Assembly (NCBI GenBank): GCA_026129095.1
Contig: JAHCIT010000006.1
Location: 128,235 to 192,234, forward strand
Direction: 5' to 3'
DNA from: Deltaproteobacteria bacterium
GTDB taxonomy: Bacteria > JAGRBM01 > JAHCIT01
DNA: 64,000 nucleotides
Below, piece after piece: positions 54,503-63,349 of this stretch. The notes below the pieces were generated by a model, which worked only from the letters and a program-made list of their open reading frames with translations, had not been told where the DNA came from and ran no database searches. Both the position numbers and the translations under genes were made by a program. Each line of letters opens with the position of its first letter. Within the stretch, counting starts at the first letter, position 1.

Positions 54503-55627
54503 ATGCCCGAAAAAGGCCGCGCCGCCATATTCCGTGAAGCCCAGAAACCGATGGAGATCCGGGAGTTCGACGCTCCGGAACCCAAGGAAGGCGAGCTGCT
54601 CGTCCGGAATCTTGTCGCCAATATCTGCGGGTCCGATCTCCACATCTGGCTCGGCCATACACCCATTGGTACCCAGCTCAAGATGGACATGGTACTGGGA
54701 CACGAGATGGTGAGCCGGGTCGTGAAATCCGGGAAAGGCCGGAGCCGGGACGCATTGGGCCGGTCCCTCAAGGAAGGCGACCGGGTGGTATTCGCCTATT
54801 ACAAGCCTTGCGGTCACTGCTATGCCTGTCTGGATGGCGCCTTTCACACCTGCGAGATATCCCTCAACACTGTCTTCATGCCAGTGAGCCCCCAGAACGC
54901 CTTCGTAGGCGGTTATGCAGACTACTACCTCATCTCGCCCAAGCAGGTGGTCCTGAAGGTACCCGACGAACTCGGCGACGATGAGGTGGCCGGCGTCAAC
55001 TGCGCCTTGAGCCAGGTGATCCACGGACTTCTGGACGCCGATTTGAGGTTTGGCGAAACGGTAGTCATCCAGGGTGCCGGCGGGCTTGGCCAGTATGCCA
55101 CCGCCGTCGCCCGTGAGATGGGAGCTTCCCGGGTTATCGTGATAGACGGCATCGACAGCCGGATAGACATGGCGAAAAAGATGGGGGCCGACGCGATTAT
55201 TGATATCCGGCAGTTCCCGGACGGACAGGCCCGCGTCAAGGAGATCAAGAAGCTCACCGATAACTGGGGTGCCGATCTCGTGGTCGAAGTGGTTGGAATA
55301 CCGGATGTCATGCCCGAAGGCGTCCGCATGATGGGCCGCCGGGGACGCTACCTGACGATGGGAAACGTGATGCCGCGGGCCTCCTACAAGGAAGACCCAT
55401 CAATCCTGGTAGGCGGCAACCGCTCGATCCTGGGCCGCTCGCTCTATCCCGCCTCGGTGCTCCGTAAGGCGCTCGATTTCCTCGTCCGGGCAAAAAACCG
55501 GTATCCGTTCTCGACAGTGCCGGTCCATTACCCGCTGGAAAAGATCAACGATGCGTTTTCCGACGCTGAAACGTTCGGCAAGAGCCACAAGGACATTACT
55601 CGCGCCGCCATCAAGCTGGCTGCCTGA
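54503..55627 (+). CDS. Zn-dependent alcohol dehydrogenase (MDR, TM0436/CamD-like)
   Basis: ICGSD, LGHE, CGHCYAC......C structural Zn site, QGAGGLG. Confidence 0.92.
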   Translation: MPEKGRAAIFREAQKPMEIREFDAPEPKEGELLVRNLVANICGSDLHIWLGHTPIGTQLKMDMVLGHEMVSRVVKSGKGRSRDALGRSLKEGDRVVFAYYKPCGHCYACLDGAFHTCEISLNTVFMPVSPQNAFVGGYADYYLISPKQVVLKVPDELGDDEVAGVNCALSQVIHGLLDADLRFGETVVIQGAGGLGQYATAVAREMGASRVIVIDGIDSRIDMAKKMGADAIIDIRQFPDGQARVKEIKKLTDNWGADLVVEVVGIPDVMPEGVRMMGRRGRYLTMGNVMPRASYKEDPSILVGGNRSILGRSLYPASVLRKALDFLVRAKNRYPFSTVPVHYPLEKINDAFSDAETFGKSHKDITRAAIKLAA

Positions 55628-55637
55628 AAGGACAGAA

Positions 55638-57110
55638 ATGCCGCTCGATCACGCTGCCGCCATCCAGGAACTGGACGCTACACGTCCCGGCCGCCTTTAT
55701 ATCAATGGGGAGTGGAGAGACGCCAGCGACGGCCTTGCGGTCACCGACCCGGCCACCGGAAAACTATTTGGCCAGATAGGCCAGGCATCACCCGAAAACG
55801 TGTCCGATGCCGTAGCCGCCGCCCGCGAGGCGTACTGCGGCAGCTGGCGCAAGCTTTCACCGGGAAAACGCCGTGAAGCGATTCTCAGGCTGGCTGCTCT
55901 CACCGAACAGCACGCTGCCGAACTAAACAGACTACTCACGCTGGAAATGGGCGTACCGGCCCAGATCACGTCCCGGCTGGGAGCCATCTCGCTACAGAAA
56001 AACCTCGAGTATTTCGCCGGGTGGATGGACAAGATCTATGGCGAAGTGATCCCGGTTCCGGGAGCGTTCGATTATGCGGTCCGGGAACCCATCGGTGTCG
56101 TCGGGGCAATCATTCCCTGGAACACGCCGCTCCTGTTCGTCGGCAGCAAGCTTGGGCCGGCTCTGGCAACCGGGAACACTGTGGTACTCAAACCCAGTGA
56201 ACTGGCCTCACTCGCCATACTCCGCTGGGCAGAAAAATGCCTTGCCGAGTCGGGTATTCCGCCCGGCGTCGTGAATATCGTTACCGGTGACGGACGTACT
56301 GGTTCCGCCCTGGCAGGTCATCCTGGCATCGACAAACTCTCTTTCACCGGCTCGGTGGACACCGGCCGGAAGGTGGCCGAACTGGCTGGCAGAAACCTCA
56401 CCAAGGTGCACATGGAACTCGGCGGCAAGTCACCCACGATCATTTTCAAGGACGCCAACCTTACCAAGGCGACCATGCAGACCTCTTTCGGCATTTTCGG
56501 GCTGTCCGGCCAGACATGTGCCGCCTGCAGCCGGGTATATGTGGAAGATCCGGTCTATGAGCAGATGGTGGGCAACATCGCCTCATTCTCGAAGGGGCTG
56601 GCACCAGGCGACCCACTAAAAAAGTCCACCATCCTGGGCCCGCTTGCCGCCGAGCGGCAGCTCCAGCGCGTTCAGGCCTACATTGAGGCAGGGAAAAAAG
56701 ATGCACGGCTCGTTGCCGGCGGCGAGCGGCTCGGCGGAGATCTTTCAGAAGGATTTTTCCTCGGACCGACAGTATTCGCCGATGTGAAATCCGATTCAGT
56801 GATTTCCCGGGAGGAGATATTCGGACCGGTAGTGGCGGTAACTCCGTTCAAGAAGACGGACGAAGCCATCGAACTGGCCAACGGGACCGAATACGGTCTC
56901 GCTGCCGGAATCTGGACGGAAAACATCACGACAGCGCTCAAGACATCGCAGGCGATCGATGCTGGTGTCATCTGGATCAACAGCTACGGAAGCCTTCCGG
57001 CTGCTGCGCCATTCGGAGGCATGAAAAAATCCGGTTACGGCCGCGACGGCGGTCGTGATGCATTGCTGGAATACACCCAGGTCAAGAACGTCTTTGTCGA
57101 TCTGGCCTGA
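55638..57110 (+). CDS. Aldehyde dehydrogenase
   Basis: IPWN, KPSE, FTGS, ELGGKSP, GQTC, EEIFGP, PFGG.K.SG.GR. Confidence 0.96.
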   Translation: MPLDHAAAIQELDATRPGRLYINGEWRDASDGLAVTDPATGKLFGQIGQASPENVSDAVAAAREAYCGSWRKLSPGKRREAILRLAALTEQHAAELNRLLTLEMGVPAQITSRLGAISLQKNLEYFAGWMDKIYGEVIPVPGAFDYAVREPIGVVGAIIPWNTPLLFVGSKLGPALATGNTVVLKPSELASLAILRWAEKCLAESGIPPGVVNIVTGDGRTGSALAGHPGIDKLSFTGSVDTGRKVAELAGRNLTKVHMELGGKSPTIIFKDANLTKATMQTSFGIFGLSGQTCAACSRVYVEDPVYEQMVGNIASFSKGLAPGDPLKKSTILGPLAAERQLQRVQAYIEAGKKDARLVAGGERLGGDLSEGFFLGPTVFADVKSDSVISREEIFGPVVAVTPFKKTDEAIELANGTEYGLAAGIWTENITTALKTSQAIDAGVIWINSYGSLPAAAPFGGMKKSGYGRDGGRDALLEYTQVKNVFVDLA

Positions 57111-57133
57111 GAACCAAGGGAGGGAATGAAACC

Positions 57134-58177
57134 ATGAAAAGCGGAATGTTCTATCTGTTCGAAACCCTGGGAAAGAAAAGCGTCACGGATCTCTACCATC
57201 AGGCACTGAGCGAATGCTGCTATGGCGAGGAACTGGGCTTCACGGGCGCACATCCCGCCGAGCACCATTTCTCGACCCATTACGGGATCATGCCGCGAGT
57301 CGAACTGTTCCTGGCGGCGCTTTCCACCCGGACGACAAGGCTCCGTCTCATCCCCAGCGTCATTGTGGCAGCGCTCTCCGATCCTGTCCGGCTTGCCGAA
57401 GATTCCGCCATGCTGGACATCCTCAGCAACGGGAGGTTCACCTACTCCATCGGCGCGGGTTACCGGAAATACGAATTCGCCAAGCTGGGTGTGGACGTGG
57501 AGGAAAACAGGTCACGTCTCCGCGAAGCCGCCGAGATCGCTGAACTCGCCTGGAAACAGGAGAAGTTCTCTTACAAGGGTCACCACCACCAGATCGAGGA
57601 TCTGCAGATCGTCCCCAAGCCCGAACGGAAAGACGGCTCGGTCCCTGAAATCTGGATCAATACCGGCACTCCGGACCAACTCGTCTGGGCGGCACAGCGG
57701 GGTTATGTGGTCCTGCCAACGGCGGGGTTTTCGGTCGCCTCGTTCAAAAAGGACCGCGATACCTATGTCGCCGAATCGAAACAGGCGGGGCACAACCCGG
57801 CAAAAATAGAGGCCCCGTTCTTCAAGTGGATCTATGTGGGGGAGACCGACCAGAAGGCTCAGGAAACTGGCCAAAAAGCTTTCCTTGAAACCATTCAGGC
57901 GTTCTTTGTCGGTGGGGAAAGGCTCATTGCCCAGCTCACCAAGCGTATCCAGCTTCCGCCCGAAATGATGGGGGATCCGAACAAGTTGCTTCTGTCGCCG
58001 GATCTGGGCGCTTTCGTTTGCGGGTCGCCAGAAACGGTCGCCAGGCAGTTGCGTTCCTTCAGGGATGCGGGGGCAACCTACTTCATCGGTGGATTCAATA
58101 TCGGTGCGCTGCCCACCGAGAAAGTGCGGCGTTCCATGGAACTGTATGCTAAGGAGGTCGCACCAGCGCTGGCATAG
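57134..58177 (+). CDS. Luciferase-like (LLM) flavin-dependent oxidoreductase/monooxygenase
   Basis: EELGF....AEHHF, DPVRLAED.AMLD.LSNGR, GAGY, GSPETV, SMELYAKEV.P. Confidence 0.92.
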   Translation: MKSGMFYLFETLGKKSVTDLYHQALSECCYGEELGFTGAHPAEHHFSTHYGIMPRVELFLAALSTRTTRLRLIPSVIVAALSDPVRLAEDSAMLDILSNGRFTYSIGAGYRKYEFAKLGVDVEENRSRLREAAEIAELAWKQEKFSYKGHHHQIEDLQIVPKPERKDGSVPEIWINTGTPDQLVWAAQRGYVVLPTAGFSVASFKKDRDTYVAESKQAGHNPAKIEAPFFKWIYVGETDQKAQETGQKAFLETIQAFFVGGERLIAQLTKRIQLPPEMMGDPNKLLLSPDLGAFVCGSPETVARQLRSFRDAGATYFIGGFNIGALPTEKVRRSMELYAKEVAPALA

Positions 58178-58209
58178 TTACCCCAGCCCGATGCCAGGAT
58201 TTGAACCCG

Positions 58210-58731
58210 ATGGCCAATAGCCCAGACAGCACCACGCCGCGAAGCCGCTCCGAGACCGAGGAAGCTCTGGTTGACGGGGTTATTCGCATCGTCGCCGAAG
58301 TCCGCAAGCGTGCCGACCGGATGGGCCGGGAACACGGCGCAACGATGCTCCAGATACAGGCGGTCAAGATCCTGCACGAAAAGGGGTCAATCACCATTTC
58401 CGAGCTTGCACAGGAACTTCACCTGAACCAGAGCACCGTGAGCAGTCTCGTTGACCGCATGGAGGCGAACGGGCTGGTCCGACGGCTCACAGCCAACGAC
58501 GACCGCCGCAAGGTCAAGCTGCGGATTACGGAAAAGGCGGACGACCTGGCCATGACCACACCGGTATCGCCGATCGACATGTTCCGTCAGATCCTCAAGC
58601 CGTTAACCGGCGACGAGATGGCCCATCTTTCACGGATGCTCGCCAAGATCGAAAAAGCCTTCTTCGAAAGCGTCGAGGCAATCGACCGGGAAAAACCGGC
58701 CAGGCAGAAGAAACAGTCCGCAGGGGGCTGA
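58210..58731 (+). CDS. MarR family transcriptional regulator
   Basis: Q...L.....ITISELA..L.L..STVS.LVDRME..GLV.R....DDRR...L.IT. Confidence 0.93.
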   Translation: MANSPDSTTPRSRSETEEALVDGVIRIVAEVRKRADRMGREHGATMLQIQAVKILHEKGSITISELAQELHLNQSTVSSLVDRMEANGLVRRLTANDDRRKVKLRITEKADDLAMTTPVSPIDMFRQILKPLTGDEMAHLSRMLAKIEKAFFESVEAIDREKPARQKKQSAGG

Positions 58732-58735
58732 ACTT

Positions 58736-60379
58736 CTAGATCGATATCGCGCCCTTGCGGAAATCGCTGCCGCCAATCTTGACGTTGACCAGCGCCGGCC
58801 TGGGACTCTCGAAAGCGCGTTTCAGTGCCGGATGGATCTGGTCCGGAGCTTCCACCCACTCCCCGTGACAGCCCAGCCCCTCGGCAACCTTGTCGTAGCG
58901 CGTGTAGTCGAGTGTCGTCGCAAACAGCCGGTCCTTCCCGTACAAATCGCGCTGCCCCCGGAGTATCTGCGTCCAAGCAGCATCGTTGCCAATCACGCCG
59001 ACAATCTTGATTCCCTGCCGTGCCATTGATTCGAACTCGAACCCGTTAAGGCCGAAACTCCCATCTCCGTACACAATGATGACGTCATGGTCCGGGCGGG
59101 CGAGCTTGGCTGCGATGGCATAGCCGGGACCAACGCCAAGTGTCCCAAGGGGGCCGGGATCCATCCAGTGCCCGGCACCCCGCACTTTCAGCGTATAGGC
59201 CGCCGTCGCCACGAAATCGCCGCCGTCTCCAACAACAATTGTCTTGTCGCCGATAAAGCGGTTCAGCTCGTGACACACCCGGAGCGGGTTGATCGGATTA
59301 TCATTGGAAGTGAGTTCCGCCTCCATCTTGGCAAGATGTGCCGCCTCGATGGAGCGCATCGATTCCAGCCACTTGGCTACATCCGTCCGCTGGCGGCCTT
59401 TCAGCGCCTTCGCCAGTGCATCCAGCACCCAGCCGGTATCGCCGACAATCCCCACTTCAACGCCCCGGTTGTGGCCAATGATTCCCCCGTCGAGGTCGAC
59501 CTGAATCAGCTTGGCGTTCTTGTTGAACGTTCCATCGCGGCCATAGTTGAGCCGGAAGTCGAGCGGCGTCCCAAAAATCAGGATGACATCGGCCTGTTTG
59601 AGCGCGTCCTTGCGCGACCGGGAGAAAAACGACGGATGATCCGGACCGAGCGCGCCCCGCGCCATGCCGTTCAGGAAGCACGGGACGCGGAGCACATCCA
59701 GAAACTCGTCCAGCGCCTCGCGCCTGTCAGACCAGTACCATTGGGAACCGACGATCACCATCGGTTTTTCGGCGGTGGAAAGGAGATCAGCTGCTGCATC
59801 TATAAAGACCGGCTCGCCAGCGGGCCGCGCCTTTGTTCGGTAATTCCTGGGAAACACGCAGGTCGCCTCGTTCACCGGGCTGATGAGATAGTCGACCGGC
59901 ATCTCCAGGAATACCGGACCCGGCACGCCGCTCGTCGACACCCGGAATGCCATTGCCACATATTCAGCAAGACGCCGTGGCTCCGGAACCGACGTGGACC
60001 ACTTGGTGATGGGTCGCATCAGTTCCACATGGTTCATGTCCTGCAAGCTGCCCATGTCCTGGAGTGCACGGGGCCCCTGTCCGCCAATCACAATCATCGG
60101 CACCGCTGCCCGCCAGGCGTTCGCCACGGCCGTCACTGCATCGGTGACGCCGGGGCCGGCCGTGACGACGGCAACGCCGGGCGTCCCCGTCACCCGCGCC
60201 CAGCCATCGGCCGCATGGGCGGCTGACTGCTCATGCCGGAAATCCACGGTACGAATTCCCTCGTCATGGCAACCGTCATAAATGGCCATGACATGACCAC
60301 CGCACAAGGTGAAAATATGCGAGATGCCCTCAGCCTTGAGCGCCTTGGCGACTACCCGGCCCCCGTGAATCATTCCCAT
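58736..60379 (-). CDS. ThDP-dependent enzyme, ILVBL/HACL2-IlvG-like (candidate 2-hydroxyacyl-CoA lyase)
   Basis: HGG, FTLCGGH, RHEQSA, TAGPG, DGGDFV, WMDPGPLGTLGVG, GDGSFG...GND, C-terminal DFRKGAISI. Confidence 0.85.
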   Translation of the reverse strand: MGMIHGGRVVAKALKAEGISHIFTLCGGHVMAIYDGCHDEGIRTVDFRHEQSAAHAADGWARVTGTPGVAVVTAGPGVTDAVTAVANAWRAAVPMIVIGGQGPRALQDMGSLQDMNHVELMRPITKWSTSVPEPRRLAEYVAMAFRVSTSGVPGPVFLEMPVDYLISPVNEATCVFPRNYRTKARPAGEPVFIDAAADLLSTAEKPMVIVGSQWYWSDRREALDEFLDVLRVPCFLNGMARGALGPDHPSFFSRSRKDALKQADVILIFGTPLDFRLNYGRDGTFNKNAKLIQVDLDGGIIGHNRGVEVGIVGDTGWVLDALAKALKGRQRTDVAKWLESMRSIEAAHLAKMEAELTSNDNPINPLRVCHELNRFIGDKTIVVGDGGDFVATAAYTLKVRGAGHWMDPGPLGTLGVGPGYAIAAKLARPDHDVIIVYGDGSFGLNGFEFESMARQGIKIVGVIGNDAAWTQILRGQRDLYGKDRLFATTLDYTRYDKVAEGLGCHGEWVEAPDQIHPALKRAFESPRPALVNVKIGGSDFRKGAISI

Positions 60380-60453
60380 AGATTGCTTTCTCCCGTCGAG
60401 GAACTGCGGTCAGCCTAGCAGCCTTCCGCCCATATCCGGAAGCCGCGGATTTT

Positions 60454-61380
60454 CTATGCGGCATTCCGTTTCAGGTCCGATGCAGCCTGGCGAGCTGACG
60501 CGGATCGCTTGATGTGGTTCAACCCGGCATTCAGGACGTCGCGATTATCCACACCCAGCCGGATTGGCGGAGTGAACGATGGATCGTTGGGGTTCCCGAA
60601 GGCATCGCACGCCTCGATGCAGTCACCGCACCGGATGCAGCGGTCGAAATCGGTGGCCGCGAACGGATAGAACATCGGCTCCCCCGACTTTTCCAGCAGC
60701 CGTACCGGATCCAGCTCCATGGGGCATACCTTGGCGCATATTCCGCAATCGGTGCAGTCAGCACCCCGGATCAGATGCACCCCGCCCCTTGCGCTCGATG
60801 AGGTAAGGGAAAAATAGATTCCGGACGGGCAAAGCCCTACACAAAAATTGTGGCCCAGCCATAGAATCTGCCCCGCCACCGAAATCGTGAGGAATACCCA
60901 TACCCCCACAAATGCGGCCATCTGGCCGGCCGTCAGAAATGGGACATGAATCGGATCGAACATCCAGGTGATCATTCCCAGTCCGATCGCAACTCCCAGC
61001 GCCCCGGCCACCCCTATCCGTGCCCATTTCGGCAGATTCCGGCGGCCCCACTCGCCAATCCGGTTCAGTGTCGCCACCGGACAGAACCATCCGCACAGGA
61101 ACCGCCCCATCGTCGCATTCACGACCAGAATCACAACATTGACGATGATAAATCCGATGACGAACGCGCGAATGGATTCAGCGAGCGTAACCGGTTCCCC
61201 GAGAACCCAGTATCGGCCGGTATAGATATCCATGTGCCAAAGATCGAACGCCGGGCCAAACACAATCAGCAGGGTGGCGAAGCTGAGCATGATGACCCGG
61301 ATATTCCGGTACCGGCCACCCTGCATACGGGCCCGGATCCGCTCCCGCGCCCGCTGCGAGACCATCCAGTCGAATGTCAC
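60454..61380 (-). CDS. Membrane polyferredoxin (NapH/CcoG/MauN-like)
   Basis: About 4 TM helices, GRFLCGWFCP, FCVGLCP, CTDCGICAKVCP, CIRCGDCIEAC. GTGA overlap with the upstream ORF. Confidence 0.88.
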   Translation of the reverse strand: MTFDWMVSQRARERIRARMQGGRYRNIRVIMLSFATLLIVFGPAFDLWHMDIYTGRYWVLGEPVTLAESIRAFVIGFIIVNVVILVVNATMGRFLCGWFCPVATLNRIGEWGRRNLPKWARIGVAGALGVAIGLGMITWMFDPIHVPFLTAGQMAAFVGVWVFLTISVAGQILWLGHNFCVGLCPSGIYFSLTSSSARGGVHLIRGADCTDCGICAKVCPMELDPVRLLEKSGEPMFYPFAATDFDRCIRCGDCIEACDAFGNPNDPSFTPPIRLGVDNRDVLNAGLNHIKRSASARQAASDLKRNAA

Positions 61381-61673
61381 GTCACCCGCCCCCAGGCGAT
61401 GGCGACCCAAGCCATCAGGGAGGCGACAACCATCCCGCTCACGACAATGGCAAGAGCAAGAAAAAACCGCCGCCGCCGGAGCAGTTCCATGTCGGATGCT
61501 TCGCCGGTAAAGTCCGCAGATGCCAGGACTGGCTGCCTGGCGATGGCTTCGCCGCCTGCACGGAGCCCCTGCCGCTTGCTGCGAACAGCCAGAGCAACAG
61601 CCACAAGAGAGGTAAACAGGACCACTTCAAGCACGATCGTGAGCATATTAAAGGCCGTCTCGGTATCCGGCAT
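61377..61673 (-). CDS. Small 2-TM hypothetical protein
   Basis: GGAGGA Shine-Dalgarno before ATG 61673, two hydrophobic helices, translationally coupled to the polyferredoxin. Confidence 0.7.
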   Translation of the reverse strand: MPDTETAFNMLTIVLEVVLFTSLVAVALAVRSKRQGLRAGGEAIARQPVLASADFTGEASDMELLRRRRFFLALAIVVSGMVVASLMAWVAIAWGRVT

Positions 61674-61779
61674 GGTCCGGTCCTCCCATAGGTGGCAGCG
61701 CGCAGGGAATGCCCGCCCTTTATTCTCTAACCTCTTGGTACCACTGGCACTATGACCATGCTCATAGGCTGCACCCAGC

Positions 61780-62346
61780 ATGGCCGTTCATAGTGACATC
61801 CCTGTGCAGCGGAGGGATACCACCCTGTTTCGCCTGTTCCAGCCATACTTCCAGTGCCTATCAACACTTGCTGCCAGCCTGTTGCTGACTGCTTTCACCG
61901 CACGGGCAGCAGCACCGGCTATCAGCCTGTCAGTAATACCGGAACAGCCCGCCATTTTTGCGCCAGTGCAACTGATTCTGGAAGCCACGGGTTCCACTGC
62001 CCGGGCTCCCGGTGAGGGCCAGTTTCACGTCGAAATCCGGCCGGACGATCCCGCGCTCCGCACCCTGCCTGCTGAAAAGCACCCTGTCACCGAGCGGCTC
62101 AGTAACGGTAAATTCCGGTTGATCCACAACTTCCGGATTGCCGGCACCTACCAGATCACTGCCCATTTCAATGGTACTGACGGCCAATCGGCTACCTTGA
62201 GCCAAACGGTCCAGGTGCAAGAACAGGCAGGCATAGGGTTCTGGTCCGAAACCATCCTGAAAAGTATCCTCTTTGTTCTGGCTGTTCTCGTGCTTATTAT
62301 CGCAATCCGCCGAATGACCCGTCACGATGATGGCACTCCCTCATGA
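61780..62346 (+). CDS. Hypothetical exported Ig-like protein with C-terminal TM anchor (FixH/YtkA-like)
   Basis: Signal-like segment, beta-rich core (F..AGTY.IT..F), C-terminal TM followed by RR. Start uncertain. Confidence 0.55.
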   Translation: MAVHSDIPVQRRDTTLFRLFQPYFQCLSTLAASLLLTAFTARAAAPAISLSVIPEQPAIFAPVQLILEATGSTARAPGEGQFHVEIRPDDPALRTLPAEKHPVTERLSNGKFRLIHNFRIAGTYQITAHFNGTDGQSATLSQTVQVQEQAGIGFWSETILKSILFVLAVLVLIIAIRRMTRHDDGTPS

Positions 62347-62496
62347 CCAGCCAATTGACCATCAATGGCAGGTTATTGCCAAAACTGCCGGTTTATCCGG
62401 CACCCTGCACGGTTGAGCAGCAAAACGCTATCGGCCGCATTTCACTGTAATCATATAACTATTTGTAATTATTGGATAAAAATACGTGTTATGGTG

Positions 62497-62513
62497 TGGA
62501 ACCACGCTTGCTT
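62497..62513 (+). promoter_or_regulatory. Putative sigma54 (-24/-12) promoter
   Basis: TGGAACC-ACGC-TTGCTT. IHF-like AT tract at 62449-62480; inverted repeats upstream at 62366-62402. Confidence 0.65.
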
Positions 62514-62582
62514 TACCGTGACGGGGCTGGGAAACCGTATCGCGGTAATGACTAGGCGCGTCACAGACATGCTACGGGAAGG

Positions 62583-63344
62583 GTGGAAGGAGCGTACGAC
62601 CAAGTGTCAAAATTAGCGGCAGCCTGTGCCAACCCCATAATGTCTACACTGGAAACCGAAATACCCGCTGACGAATCCCGGCGAATCCATGACCGGGAAC
62701 TCGGCTTTATGCCATCCGACTACCTCCGGCGCGTCAGCCCCGAACGGATGAGCCGGCACATGAACCTCATCTGCAGCCATCCGGGTTATCCCCTGAAAAC
62801 CTTCGTACAGCATCCGGTGTCATGGGACGTGACCCGGATGGGCAGAAGTGCACGGCTCATGACGTTTTCAATGAACTCACCCCGTGCACTGGTCCATGTT
62901 ACAGCCGCCATTGCGCTCACGGGTGGCTCGATTCAGGCAGCAGAGCTTTACCCGCGAACCGATGGCACCCTGCTGATCGACGTCGAGTTTCATGGCCCCG
63001 CAAGCCCGGAAGCGGTTGGAGACTCTCTCGTCACCCAGTTCCAGGCCCGGATCGCCGACGCTCCGGCGCCGGACTGCGAAGCGGTGCGTGAACTGGAACT
63101 CACCACCCGCACCGATACGGCAACCTCGGCGAATGTGATCGAATTAAGGGCGGCGGATACCAGAGGGCTTCTTTACCGGACTGCCCGGGCCTTCGCCATG
63201 CTTGGCATCAAGATCGTGCGATGCGACATCCGCACAACTGGCGGAAAGGCCTACGACACGTTCCAAGTAACCGACAGGCTCGGCCGACCGCTGGACCTCG
63301 ACCGCGAGATGAACTTCCTGCGCCGGGAAATAGAGGGGGGCTAA
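62583..63344 (+). CDS. Stand-alone GlnD C-terminal-like tandem ACT domain protein
   Basis: MP.DYL......H, I..A....R.DG...D..F, VIELRAADTRGLLY..A......GI.I....I.T.G..AYDTF.V. No NTase or HD domain. Confidence 0.75.
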   Translation: MEGAYDQVSKLAAACANPIMSTLETEIPADESRRIHDRELGFMPSDYLRRVSPERMSRHMNLICSHPGYPLKTFVQHPVSWDVTRMGRSARLMTFSMNSPRALVHVTAAIALTGGSIQAAELYPRTDGTLLIDVEFHGPASPEAVGDSLVTQFQARIADAPAPDCEAVRELELTTRTDTATSANVIELRAADTRGLLYRTARAFAMLGIKIVRCDIRTTGGKAYDTFQVTDRLGRPLDLDREMNFLRREIEGG

Positions 63345-63349
63345 AAACC

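Noticed and set aside
58736-60379. Biosynthetic acetolactate synthase ilvB
   Set aside because: No small subunit or ilv context, and the motifs fit the ILVBL/HACL clade better.
62366-62381. Second sigma54 promoter (TGGCAGGTTATTGC)
   Set aside because: GG-GC spacing is 9 nt rather than 10; treated as an inverted repeat instead.
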